64,000 bases of DNA from Candidatus Poribacteria bacterium (GCA_963665845.2 OY762492.1:3424001-3488000); one strand, 5' to 3'. Positions 22,064 to 31,098 are shown, numbered from the stretch's first letter. The notes: a model not told the origin generated them from the sequence alone. Numbers and translations: made by a program.

Positions 22064-22381
22064 ATGTACGCAATTATTTCGACAGGAGGCAAGCAGTACC
22101 GCGCCTCCGTCGGCGATATGATCGATGTTGAAAAGATAGAGGGCGGGGTCGGCGACGAGGTGATTCTCTCCGACCCGCTTTTTGTGATGGACGAAAACGG
22201 GTCGGCAAAAGTCGGCGCGCCCGGCGTTGAGGGCGCCTCCGTCGTCTGTACAATCGTCAAGCAGGACCGAAACCCGAAGGTGATCGTGTTCACATCAAAA
22301 CGCCGAAAGCGGTATCAGCGCAAGATCGGACACCGCCAGCATTACACGCGGCTGCGCGTCGAAGCGATCAACGTTTCTTGA
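22064..22381 (+). CDS. rplU: 50S ribosomal protein L21
   Basis: MYAIISTGGKQYR...KIGHRQHYTRLRV. Confidence 0.98.
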   Translation: MYAIISTGGKQYRASVGDMIDVEKIEGGVGDEVILSDPLFVMDENGSAKVGAPGVEGASVVCTIVKQDRNPKVIVFTSKRRKRYQRKIGHRQHYTRLRVEAINVS

Positions 22382-22408
22382 CCGAACGGCAAACGAAAGG
22401 AGAGCCGT

Positions 22409-22666
22409 ATGGCGCATAAAAAAGGACAAGGCAGTTCTCAAAACGGGCGCGAAAGCCACTCCAAACGCTTAGGCCTCAAACTCCATGACGGGCAATTTGC
22501 GAAGGCGGGCGCGATACTGGTCCGCCAGCGCGGAACGCGCATCCACCCTGGCGTCAATGTCGGGCGGGGCGGGGACGACACGCTTTTTGCCAAACTGGAA
22601 GGCGTCGTCAAATATGAGCGCGTCGGGCGGCGGCGCAAACAGGCAAGCGTCTATCCCGTCATCTGA
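22409..22666 (+). CDS. rpmA: 50S ribosomal protein L27
   Basis: [22 protein letters not shown]...ILVRQRGT. Confidence 0.98.
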   Translation: MAHKKGQGSSQNGRESHSKRLGLKLHDGQFAKAGAILVRQRGTRIHPGVNVGRGGDDTLFAKLEGVVKYERVGRRRKQASVYPVI

Positions 22667-22671
22667 ACCGC

Positions 22672-24057
22672 ATGATCGATCTTGTTGAAATCGATGTCAA
22701 GGCGGGGGACGGCGGAAAGGGGTGCGTCTCCTTTCGACGGGAAAAGTTTGTCCCGAAAGGCGGACCGAACGGCGGCAACGGCGGGCGCGGCGGAAGCGTC
22801 TATGCGGTCGGCAGCCGCTCCGTGTCGACGCTCATTGACCAGCGTTACCAGAAGCATTACGAGGCGCAGCGCGGGTCGCACGGCATGGGAAAAAACGCGC
22901 ACGGCATGGACGGCGGCGACATCGAGATACCGCTCCCGATCGGCTCCGTTTTAACCGATCTCGACACGGAAGAAACGATCGGCGAGCTGCTGGCGCCGGG
23001 CGACCGGCTGCTGTTGGCTGAAGGCGGCATCGGCGGGCGCGGCAACGCCGAGTTCAAAACAAGCGTCTATCAGGCGCCGAGAGCCGCCGAGCTGGGCGAA
23101 CCTGGGCAGGCGCGCCGACTGCGCATCGAAGTGAAACTGATTGCCGATGTCGGATTCGTCGGCTTTCCAAACGCGGGCAAGTCGACGCTTCTAAGCGTCG
23201 TTTCGGCGGCGAAGCCGAAGATCGCGCCGTACCCGTTCACGACGCTGTCGCCCAACCTGGGTCTGGCGCGCGTCGCGGCGCAGAAGAACTTTGTCGCGGC
23301 GGATCTGCCCGGCATCATCGAAGGCGCGCACGCGGGCGCGGGTCTTGGACACGGCTTTTTGCGGCATGTGGAGCGGACGCGGCTGCTGATTCATGTGGTG
23401 GACGCTTCATCGGCGGACGGGCGCGATCCTGTGGAGGATATACGCGCCTTGAACCGAGAGCTGGCGCTTCACAGCGACCGGCTGGCGGACCTTCCGCAGC
23501 TGATTGCGCTGAATAAGATCGATCTGCCGGCGGGACGGGAGGCGGTTGCGTCGATACGGTCGAAGCTCAAAAAGGCGCCCGTTTATCCGATCTCGGCGGT
23601 CACGGGCGAGGGCGTCCAGAAACTGCTTTTTGACAGCTACACCGCTTTGCAGCGCATTTTGAAACGTGAAGAGGAATCGGCGGCGAAGGCGGAAGCTGAA
23701 CAGAGCGCCGCGGCGACGATATACCGCAGCGAAGGGCGAATGCAGATACAGGCGCGCGGCGGCGGATTTGCGGTGGAAAGCAAGCAGGCGTACCGCGCTG
23801 TCGTCATGACCGACTTCAGCAACGACGAGGCGGTCTGGCTCATGGGAAAGCGGCTTGAACAGCTCGGCGTTCGTCAGGCGCTGAAACGGGCGGGCGCCAA
23901 AGAGGGCGATTCCGTTTTCATTGGAGGTCGAGAATTTGTCTTCTCAAACGAACGGCAGCCAGATTCCGTTGCGGAGTTTTTGGCTGAAAGACGCGCGGCG
24001 GGTCGTCGTCAAAATCGGGACGAGCGCGCTGACCGCAAACACGCGGACGCTCAATAA
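22672..24057 (+). CDS. obgE: GTPase ObgE/CgtA
   Basis: Gly-rich Obg fold FRREKFVPKGGPNGG, GFPNAGKSTL, YPFTTL, DLPG, NKID and a C-terminal DUF1967-type domain. Confidence 0.97.
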   Translation: MIDLVEIDVKAGDGGKGCVSFRREKFVPKGGPNGGNGGRGGSVYAVGSRSVSTLIDQRYQKHYEAQRGSHGMGKNAHGMDGGDIEIPLPIGSVLTDLDTEETIGELLAPGDRLLLAEGGIGGRGNAEFKTSVYQAPRAAELGEPGQARRLRIEVKLIADVGFVGFPNAGKSTLLSVVSAAKPKIAPYPFTTLSPNLGLARVAAQKNFVAADLPGIIEGAHAGAGLGHGFLRHVERTRLLIHVVDASSADGRDPVEDIRALNRELALHSDRLADLPQLIALNKIDLPAGREAVASIRSKLKKAPVYPISAVTGEGVQKLLFDSYTALQRILKREEESAAKAEAEQSAAATIYRSEGRMQIQARGGGFAVESKQAYRAVVMTDFSNDEAVWLMGKRLEQLGVRQALKRAGAKEGDSVFIGGREFVFSNERQPDSVAEFLAERRAAGRRQNRDERADRKHADAQ

Positions 24058-25111
24058 AACGCGCATCGAATGGGTCGCCGAGCAGATCGCCGAAATGCGC
24101 CGGCGCGGCATTCAAACGATACTGGTAACGTCAGGCGCCATCGGCGCGGGGACGGGTCGTCTAGGGTTAAAAAAACGCCCCTCCAAAATCAGCGAGCTGC
24201 AGGCGGCGGCAAGCGTCGGACAAAGCCTGCTCATGAAAATGTATGAAGAGGCGCTGCGGCCCTACGGGCTGCCCGCCGCGCAGGCGCTGTTGACGACGGA
24301 AGACCTGCAGAACCGGCGCCGGTATGTGAACTTCACCAACGCGCTCAACGCGCTCTTCCACTTCGGCGCCGTGCCGATTTTAAACGAAAACGACGCGGTC
24401 GCCACGGAAGAGATTCGCGTCGGCGACAACGACACCCTCTCCGCCCATACCGCCGTCGCTGTCGGCGCCGACCTGCTCATTCTGTTGAGCGACACGGACG
24501 GCGTCTTCACGGCAGACCCGATCCGATTCCCGGACGCCGAGCGCATTCCGATCATCCATGAGATCGATGCGGAGCTGATGCGTATGGCGAACGAATCGCC
24601 CGGCGGGAACGGAACGCAGCTCGGCACGGGGCGCCTTTTAACGAAACTAAAAGCGGCGCAGACCGCCGGCTCCTCCGGCATACCGACCGCGCTTGCGAAC
24701 GGCGGACGGCGCAATTCAGCCATCGACATACTGGACGGAAAGGATGTCGGCACACTCTTTATCCCCAAAGGAGAACGCAAAACGGGCAAGAAGCGTTGGA
24801 TCGCGCACGCGCTGGACGCCAAAGGCGTTGTTGTGGCGGACGAAGGCGCGCGGGAGGCGGTTGTAAAGCGTAACGCGAGCCTGTTGCCGGCGGGCGTCTG
24901 CAGCGCGACGGGGGAATTTCAAACGGGCGATCTGGCGCGTTGCGTCGGGCTGGACGGCGTCGAATTCGCGCGCGGGCTGGTCAACTACAGCGCCGATGAG
25001 CTGAACAAAATCGCCGGCAAACGCGCCAACGACATCATGAAAACGCTTGGATACCATTACGCAGACGAGGCGATCCATCGAGACAATCTTGTGTTGGTAG
25101 AGAACGGCTAG
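23936..25111 (+). CDS. proB: Glutamate 5-kinase with PUA domain
   Basis: VVVKIGTSAL, TSGAIGAG, NENDAV...GDNDTLSA, IHRDNLV. Probable TTG start at 23936 after GGAGG. Confidence 0.95.
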   Translation: MSSQTNGSQIPLRSFWLKDARRVVVKIGTSALTANTRTLNKTRIEWVAEQIAEMRRRGIQTILVTSGAIGAGTGRLGLKKRPSKISELQAAASVGQSLLMKMYEEALRPYGLPAAQALLTTEDLQNRRRYVNFTNALNALFHFGAVPILNENDAVATEEIRVGDNDTLSAHTAVAVGADLLILLSDTDGVFTADPIRFPDAERIPIIHEIDAELMRMANESPGGNGTQLGTGRLLTKLKAAQTAGSSGIPTALANGGRRNSAIDILDGKDVGTLFIPKGERKTGKKRWIAHALDAKGVVVADEGAREAVVKRNASLLPAGVCSATGEFQTGDLARCVGLDGVEFARGLVNYSADELNKIAGKRANDIMKTLGYHYADEAIHRDNLVLVENG

Positions 25112-25144
25112 CAGCCGATGGCAGATAAAACGGCAGTACGCCGA

Positions 25145-25350
25145 TACAGGGATATTCGCGGCGCCGCATCCGATTCCCCCCTTGAAAAGGGGGAACCAGG
25201 GGGGTTTAAAGATGGGCGCGCCGCATCCGATTCCCCCCTTGAAAAGGGGGGCTAGGGGGGGTTTTCTGCGGCGCCTTAAGATTCCCGCTTACGCGGGAAT
25301 GACAGGTAAGATTGAATGACAGGTACGATTCCCGATTAAGCGGGAATGAC
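25145..25350. repeat. Intergenic REP-like cluster (2 x CCCCCCTTGAAAAGGGGG, 2 x ATTCCC-N8-GGGAAT)
   Basis: Seen directly; 25145-25215 approximates the reverse complement of 32095-32163. Confidence 0.9.
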
Positions 25351-25370
25351 GATAGCGGAAGGAGAGCGAT

Positions 25371-26648
25371 ATGACGGACGGGGTCAACGGAAACGAACTC
25401 GCGCAGAAGGCGATTCGGCAGATGCGCATGGCAAAAGAGGCGGCGCGGCAGATCGCCGTAGCGTCCACCGAGCAGAAAAACGACGCGCTGAAACGCATGG
25501 CGGCGCTGATCCTTGAAAACCGCGCGTTCTTGGCAATTGAAAATAAAAAGGACATGGAGGCGGGGCGCGAAAACGGACTCTCCCCCGCCCTGCTGGACAG
25601 GCTGGAACTGACCGACCCGCGCATCGACGCGATGGCGGACGGCTTGCGTCAAGTGGCGGAACTGCCCGACCCTGTCGGACGGCGGTACGACCGGAAAACG
25701 CGCCCGAACGGCCTCGTCGTCGAAAAAGAGCGCATACCGCTCGGCGTCATCGGCATCATCTATGAATCGCGCCCGAATGTGACGGCGGACGCGGCGGGTC
25801 TCTGCTTCAAGTCGGGCAACGCGGTCGTCCTGCGCGGCGGATCGGAGGCGATCCATTCCAACGCCGCCATCGCCCAGCTGCTCCATAACGCCATCGAACA
25901 GGCGGGGCTTTCCAAAGAGATCGTCCAGTTCATCAACACAACCGACCGAGAGGCGGTGAATGTGATGTTGAAACAGGACGCGCTCATCGACGTCATCATC
26001 CCGCGCGGCGGAAAAGGGCTGATTCGGCATGTCGCCGAAAACTCGACGATACCGGTTATCAAGCATGAGGACGGCATCTGCCACGTCTATGTGGACGAGA
26101 CGGCGGATCTGCAGAAAGCGGAGACGATCTCTCTGAACGCAAAGATACAGCGTCCGTCCGCCTGCAACGCGATGGAGACGCTTCTGGCGCATGCGTCGAT
26201 TGCGGAAGCGTTTTTGCCGTCGGTGTGCGCGAAGATGGCGACGGCGGGCGTGGAGCTGCGCGGCTGCGAACGCTCGCGACGGATCGCGTCCGGCATGAAA
26301 CCCGCGGCGGAAGAGGACTGGCGGACCGAATACCATGATCTGATTTTGTCGATAAGGATCGTCGACTCGCTGGAGGAGGCGGTTGAACATATCGAGACGT
26401 ACGGCTCAAACCATTCCGACGCGATTGTGACGCGGGACGAAGTGAGCGCCCGGCGGTTCACGAAGGCGGTCGATTCGTCGTCCGTATTTGTGAACGCTTC
26501 GCCGCGGTTCGCGGACGGGTACGAGTACGGCTTGGGCGCCGAGATCGGCATCAGCACCCAGAAGCTGCACGCGCGCGGACCCATGGGGCTTGAGGAGCTG
26601 ACCATCTATAAGTTCATCGCGCATGGGGACGGGCATATTCGGGAGTGA
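25371..26648 (+). CDS. proA: Gamma-glutamyl phosphate reductase
   Basis: GIIYESRPNVT, LRGGSEA, CNAMETLL, GAEIGISTQKLHARGPMGL. Confidence 0.97.
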   Translation: MTDGVNGNELAQKAIRQMRMAKEAARQIAVASTEQKNDALKRMAALILENRAFLAIENKKDMEAGRENGLSPALLDRLELTDPRIDAMADGLRQVAELPDPVGRRYDRKTRPNGLVVEKERIPLGVIGIIYESRPNVTADAAGLCFKSGNAVVLRGGSEAIHSNAAIAQLLHNAIEQAGLSKEIVQFINTTDREAVNVMLKQDALIDVIIPRGGKGLIRHVAENSTIPVIKHEDGICHVYVDETADLQKAETISLNAKIQRPSACNAMETLLAHASIAEAFLPSVCAKMATAGVELRGCERSRRIASGMKPAAEEDWRTEYHDLILSIRIVDSLEEAVEHIETYGSNHSDAIVTRDEVSARRFTKAVDSSSVFVNASPRFADGYEYGLGAEIGISTQKLHARGPMGLEELTIYKFIAHGDGHIRE

Positions 26649-26680
26649 GCTTCGCCGCCCTTCCCGCGCCCTTTTTCGTC

Positions 26681-26712
26681 GTCATTCCCGCGTAAGCGGG
26701 AATCTTAGGCGT
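26681..26712. repeat. ATTCCC-N8-GGGAAT palindrome
   Basis: gtcattcccgcgtaagcgggaatcttaggcg. Confidence 0.9.
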
Positions 26713-26835
26713 CCGCCCATCGTCATTTATGGAATGACTCCCGCGCAGAATGCATGGGCGCGTGAAACAATGTAGAATGCATCAAAGCGGTTTCAAGCGA
26801 AAGCCGTTTGCGCGCATCGCGGGAGGAGGAGCCAA

Positions 26836-27513
26836 ATAAAAGTCTATAGGTCTCCAATCCCTGGAATCTTTATTGCGTTGGGGCTGATGTGGATTGCACT
26901 GGGATCCGGCAAAATCGCCTCCGCAATAGACGAAGGCGCCAGAAGAGTCTACAGCGCGTTGGCCATTGAGAATTCGCCTTATATTTCGGCGCATTCGTTT
27001 GAGAGGTTTGGCGTTCTTTGGGTTGCGTTATGCGCTCTCATGTGGTTGATCATGTACATCAAGACTGACGCTGCGTATATTGGGCAAGAGGCGGGCGGAA
27101 AGAGGCGTCCCGCGTTTCTTGCGGCGGGGGCCGTCCTGGTTGCGGCGCTCTCCATTCTGATTCAATCCGCCGTTGAGTTTCAAACGGCTTCACAGGCGTA
27201 CTTCGCGTTTGGAATGTCCGCCGCGCTGCTGTCTTTGAGCGGCGTATGCCTCCGGCAGCTCCAAAGCGCGCTCCGCCGCGGCATGCCAGTAACAGCGGAC
27301 AGTTATCTGTTAGCGGCGTTTTTAACGTTGTTCGGAGCGGTCAGAGCCATGCTGGTTTATATGGAGATTGCCCCGTTGACGCCATTTTCGCATACGGCGT
27401 TCTCGATCATCTTGTATGCGCCGATCTTCGTCGGGTATTTCTGGATGCGCCGCCGCTTGAATCAGATTCGAGAAGCGCATGAGCCAATGCTAGAAATGGA
27501 GCATGCGGAATGA
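26836..27513 (+). CDS. Hypothetical multi-pass membrane protein (paralogue 1); ATA codon at the RBS-supported start, first near-canonical start TTG 26878
   Basis: About 6 hydrophobic segments; shares PAFLA.GA.L.A.LSILI.SAVEF and QLQSALRRGMP.TADSYL with the next ORF. Confidence 0.7.
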   Translation: MKVYRSPIPGIFIALGLMWIALGSGKIASAIDEGARRVYSALAIENSPYISAHSFERFGVLWVALCALMWLIMYIKTDAAYIGQEAGGKRRPAFLAAGAVLVAALSILIQSAVEFQTASQAYFAFGMSAALLSLSGVCLRQLQSALRRGMPVTADSYLLAAFLTLFGAVRAMLVYMEIAPLTPFSHTAFSIILYAPIFVGYFWMRRRLNQIREAHEPMLEMEHAE

Positions 27514-27571
27514 AAAATGCGCCGCTCTGGATTCTTAGAGCGTTTGCGGTATCAAGAGAGGAGGCGCCTGA

Positions 27572-28177
27572 ATGAGCCTCAAAGCTAGAATCATCAATTT
27601 CGCCGCCATGGTTGCGGTCGGGCTGGTTACCCTTAAACTCATATCGGGAGTTGAGTTTCCGCCTTCTGTGTCAACGCTGGGCAATTTAATGCTTGCGGCA
27701 TTGGCGCTCACATGGATCGCGTCCATCTTCATGAACGCTGCGCAGGAGTCGGGAAAGAAGCTTCCTGCGTTTCTTGCGTCGGGGGCGGCGCTGCTTGCGG
27801 TACTCTCCATTCTGATTCGATCCGCCGTCGAGTTTGAAACGATTTCACAGGCGTACCTCGCGTTCATAATGGTTGCCGCGCCGCTGTCGTTGACCTGCAT
27901 ATGCCTCTGGCAGCTCCAAAGCGCGCTCCGCCGCGGCATGCCAAGAACAGCGGACAGTTATCTGTTCTCGGCGGCTTTGCTGTTGGTCGCGGCAGTCGGC
28001 GCCATGCTGGATTATATGGAGCTTGCGGCGTTGATGCCGTTTTCGCGTACGGCGTTCGAAATCGCCTTGTATGCGCCGATCATCGTCGGATTTCTCTGGA
28101 TGCAACATCGTTTAAATCAGATTCAAGAGGCGCAGGAGCGGTTGTTAGAAACGGGGCATGCGGAGCGGGAATCTTAA
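27572..28177 (+). CDS. Hypothetical multi-pass membrane protein (paralogue 2)
   Basis: RBS AGGAGG; about 6 TM segments; clear paralogue of the upstream ORF. Confidence 0.75.
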   Translation: MSLKARIINFAAMVAVGLVTLKLISGVEFPPSVSTLGNLMLAALALTWIASIFMNAAQESGKKLPAFLASGAALLAVLSILIRSAVEFETISQAYLAFIMVAAPLSLTCICLWQLQSALRRGMPRTADSYLFSAALLLVAAVGAMLDYMELAALMPFSRTAFEIALYAPIIVGFLWMQHRLNQIQEAQERLLETGHAERES

Positions 28178-28186
28178 AGACCAGAG

Positions 28187-28238
28187 CCGCGCAGCTCCCG
28201 CAAAACGCCGCGCGTGTCAATAACCGGGCAGGGCGCGT
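28187..28238. repeat. 52-bp direct repeat, left copy (duplicate of the dehydrogenase 3' end)
   Basis: ccgcgcagctcccgcaaaacgccgcgcgtgtcaataaccgggcagggcgcgt, identical to 29382-29433. Confidence 0.95.
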
Positions 28239-28433
28239 TCATAACATGACGCTCTCGGCGGACGGGACGCGCCTGCTCATCGCAAGCGTATGGATGCGCA
28301 GGGCGCGCCGATCGGCCGCTTTTCTCTCTCTTTACGCATCCAAATTCAATATTATTAATGTACGGGTCAACCTTTTCAGGCGGCGCTGCGTTGTATGATT
28401 TAGAACGTTGGTTTTAAATCATGGAGATGCGCA

Positions 28434-29348
28434 ATGCATAATGTCAACAATCCCGCTCGAATTTATGCTCAAATCCCAGCTGTCAATTTCCATCTGTGGC
28501 AACCTTGCAACATGCGCTGCCACTTCTGCTTCGCTGAGTTTCAAGACGTCAAAAAAGAGATGCGCCTCCCCAAAGGACACATGCCAAAAGAAGAATGCGC
28601 AGCGGTTGTCGACCGCATCGCAGCGTACGGGTTTGAAAAGATCAATTTCGCCGGCGGCGAGCCGACGCTCTGCCCCTGGCTGCCGGAGATGATTGCGCAG
28701 GCAAAGCGGCATGGAATGACGACCTCCATCATCACGAACGGATCAAGAATAACGAAAGAGTGGATGGACAGCGCGCGCGGAAATCTTGATTGGATCGGTC
28801 TGAGCATCGACACGGTGGATCCTGCAATACAGATACGCTCCGGACGCGCCCTCCGAGGGAAGGACCCTGTCTCCGAGCAAGAGTACATGGACGTCGTCAA
28901 CATGATCAAGCGGTACAAAATGCGCTTGAAGATCAACACCGTCGTTCATTCATTGAACTGGGAAGAGGATCTGACGCCCTTCATCCGATTGGCGAAGCCT
29001 GAACGATGGAAGCTGCTGCAGGCGCTTCCGGTCGGCGGCCAAAACGACGCGCGAATAGACGAGTATATCGTCTCGCAGGAACAGTTCGAGACGTACGTTC
29101 GACGCAGCCAGATTGCTGAAAAGGACGGAATCGCTGTAGTGCCGGAAAGCAATGAGCTCATGACAGACAGCTATGCGATGGTTGATCCAGCAGGGCGCTT
29201 TTACGACAACGCGCAAGGTTTTCATCGTTACAGCAGCCCCATTTTAGAGGTCGGCGTTGAGGAAGCTTTGAAGCAAGCGTCCATCAACCCTGAAAGGTTC
29301 CGCCGGAGAGGCGGCGAATATGATTGGGGCGGGAAGCCCCCGTCTTAA
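28434..29348 (+). CDS. Prokaryotic viperin (RSAD2-like antiviral radical SAM enzyme)
   Basis: VNFHLWQPCNMRCHFCFA (CxxxCxxC), INFAGGEPTL, SIITNGS, WIGLSID, LKINTVV, PERWKLLQ, PESNELMTDSYAMVDPAGRF and C-terminal RGGEYDW. Confidence 0.92.
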   Translation: MHNVNNPARIYAQIPAVNFHLWQPCNMRCHFCFAEFQDVKKEMRLPKGHMPKEECAAVVDRIAAYGFEKINFAGGEPTLCPWLPEMIAQAKRHGMTTSIITNGSRITKEWMDSARGNLDWIGLSIDTVDPAIQIRSGRALRGKDPVSEQEYMDVVNMIKRYKMRLKINTVVHSLNWEEDLTPFIRLAKPERWKLLQALPVGGQNDARIDEYIVSQEQFETYVRRSQIAEKDGIAVVPESNELMTDSYAMVDPAGRFYDNAQGFHRYSSPILEVGVEEALKQASINPERFRRRGGEYDWGGKPPS

Positions 29349-29354
29349 AACAAA

Positions 29355-29372
29355 GCCCTCTTTTATGAGGGT
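29355..29372. terminator. Short hairpin between the convergent viperin and dehydrogenase genes
   Basis: ccctc-ttttat-gaggg. Confidence 0.35.
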
Positions 29373-30673
29373 CGGTCTGATCCGCGCAGCTCCCGCAAAA
29401 CGCCGCGCGTGTCAATAACCGGGCAGGGCGCGTCCAGCAACGGCGAATAATCGATGGCGCGGTGTTTCGTCAAAATGACGGCGATGTCGATGGAATCGAG
29501 CAGCTGATGCCAGTTCTCGTAGCTGTCAAAACGCTTGTTCTCGCAGAAGACGACCGGCACGTTCGGGTCATGATAAACCAGCTGTGCGCCCTGTCGAAGC
29601 AGCAGCGTCATGACATCAATGGCGGGCGACTCGCGCACATCCGCCACATCCGACTTATACGCCGCGCCGAGCAGCAGCGCCTGCGAGCCTTTGATCGACT
29701 TTTGCCGTTCGTTCAGCTCCCTGTTCACCTTGCTTGCGACATGCTGCGGCATGGAGCCGTTGATCTCGGAGGCGAGCTCGATGAAGCGCGAATGGAACTG
29801 AAACTCCCGCGCCCGCCACGCCAGATAATGCGGGTCGACAGGTATGCAGTGTCCGCCCAGCCCCGGCCCCGGATAGAACGGCATGAACCCGAACGGCTTC
29901 GTCGCCGCCGCGTCGATCACCTCCCAGACATCCAGCCCCAGCCGGTCGCACATCAGCGACATCTCATTCGCAAGCGCAATGTTGACGCTCCGAAACGTGT
30001 TTTCCAGCAGCTTTGTCATTTCGGCGGCGCCGGTGGAGGAGACCTGGACAACCTCGTCAATAAAGCGTTTGTAGAAACGGGAGGCAAGCTCGGCGCATCG
30101 CCGCGTCACCCCGCCGACGATCTTCGGCGTGTTGGAAAGCCGATAACGCTTGTTGCCGGGGTCAATGCGTTCAGGCGAGTAGGCGAGAAAAAAGTCCTGC
30201 CCCGCCGTCAACCCGCTCTCTTCCAGCGCCGGCAGCAGCAGCTCTTCGGTCGCGCCTGGGTAGGTGGTGCTTTCTAGGACGACCAGCTGCCCCCTGCGCA
30301 GAAGGCGCGCGATGGTCTGCGTCGCCGACAGCACATGGGACATGTCCGGCTCCTTGCTTTTGCTAAGCGGCGTCGGGACGCAGATATGGAGTATGTCCGC
30401 TTCGCGCAGGCGTCGCGGGTTGATCTCGGCGGTGAACATGCCGTCGTTCAACGCGCGCAGCACATCTTCCGAGTCGACGTCCGCGATGTAGGAGCTTCCG
30501 TTCAGGAGCGCCTGAATCCGTTCAGGGTTGATGTCATGCCCGACGACGGGCATATTCTGGCGCGCAATCGCCATGGCGAGCGGAAGCCCGGCGTATCCCA
30601 GCCCGACGACGCCCGCTTTGACGTCTCCGTTGTCGATGCGTTTCAGTAATTGAGCGTAATCTGCGTCTTTCAT
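29363..30673 (-). CDS. UDP-N-acetyl-hexosamine 6-dehydrogenase (WbpA/WecC-like)
   Basis: GVVGLGYAGLP, ICVPTP, LESTTYPG, SPERIDPG, KLLENTFRSVNIA, GGHCIPVDP, DVRESP. Confidence 0.93.
   Translation of the reverse strand: MKDADYAQLLKRIDNGDVKAGVVGLGYAGLPLAMAIARQNMPVVGHDINPERIQALLNGSSYIADVDSEDVLRALNDGMFTAEINPRRLREADILHICVPTPLSKSKEPDMSHVLSATQTIARLLRRGQLVVLESTTYPGATEELLLPALEESGLTAGQDFFLAYSPERIDPGNKRYRLSNTPKIVGGVTRRCAELASRFYKRFIDEVVQVSSTGAAEMTKLLENTFRSVNIALANEMSLMCDRLGLDVWEVIDAAATKPFGFMPFYPGPGLGGHCIPVDPHYLAWRAREFQFHSRFIELASEINGSMPQHVASKVNRELNERQKSIKGSQALLLGAAYKSDVADVRESPAIDVMTLLLRQGAQLVYHDPNVPVVFCENKRFDSYENWHQLLDSIDIAVILTKHRAIDYSPLLDAPCPVIDTRGVLRELRGSDRPS
29382..29433. repeat. 52-bp direct repeat, right copy (inside the dehydrogenase CDS)
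   Basis: Identical to 28187-28238. Confidence 0.95.
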
Positions 30674-30739
30674 TCGCGCCCGCGCCTGTTGTTTCTGGTT
30701 ATGGTATCACAGGCGCGCCGATTTTACACATGCTCTTTT

Positions 30740-30892
30740 CTGACGGCAGTACGCTCATGCGATGAACTTCATGACCCTAAAGCGTTGGCGCCGCCCAGTA
30801 CCGTCATTCCCGCGCAAGCGGGAATCTAGAGGCGCCGCAGAAGACGTCCGCGTTCGCACGCCGACATGTCCCAACTTAAGACGTAAGGTCAG
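30740..30892. mobile_element. MITE-like composite repeat
   Basis: Left ctgac-ggcagtacgctcatgcgatg, hairpin at 30806-30825, right tgtcccaacttaagacgtaaggtcag (exact inverse of 47980-48005). Confidence 0.75.
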
Positions 30893-30921
30893 TAAGAGCC
30901 CATGCTTCAGCGAGCTCAAAA

Positions 30922-30930
30922 TGGTACTAT
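30922..30930 (+). promoter_or_regulatory. Putative extended -10 promoter
   Basis: TGgTACTAT upstream of a long structured leader. Confidence 0.4.
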
Positions 30931-30941
30931 TATCTTGGGCA

Positions 30942-31084
30942 TTCGGCTAAATCGTGGGTCGATGTGGACAGCGAGACAAATAAGCGACACCCAGTCACTG
31001 GATTAAAGCCTTATGTTACCCGTTACCGATCAAGTTCACATCCCTGATCTCTCGCCGGCGGTCTCTCTTCACGGATTTATCGAA
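30942..31084 (+). ncRNA. Candidate structured RNA or 5' leader (long irregular rod)
   Basis: Nested complementarity: taaatcgtg/cacggattta, gatgtggac/gttcacatc, ataag/cttat, ccag/ctgg. Confidence 0.3.
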
Positions 31085-31098
31085 AGGAGGGGACGCAG

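Noticed and set aside
28434-29348. MoaA or other housekeeping radical SAM enzyme
   Set aside because: No C-terminal second Fe-S cluster cysteines; viperin-type motifs (VNFH, RWK..Q, ESN..M..SY, RGG.YDW) are present.
28434-30673. Viperin and nucleotide-sugar dehydrogenase as one pathway
   Set aside because: The genes are convergent and the 52-bp duplication indicates the dehydrogenase is the insertion target, not a partner.
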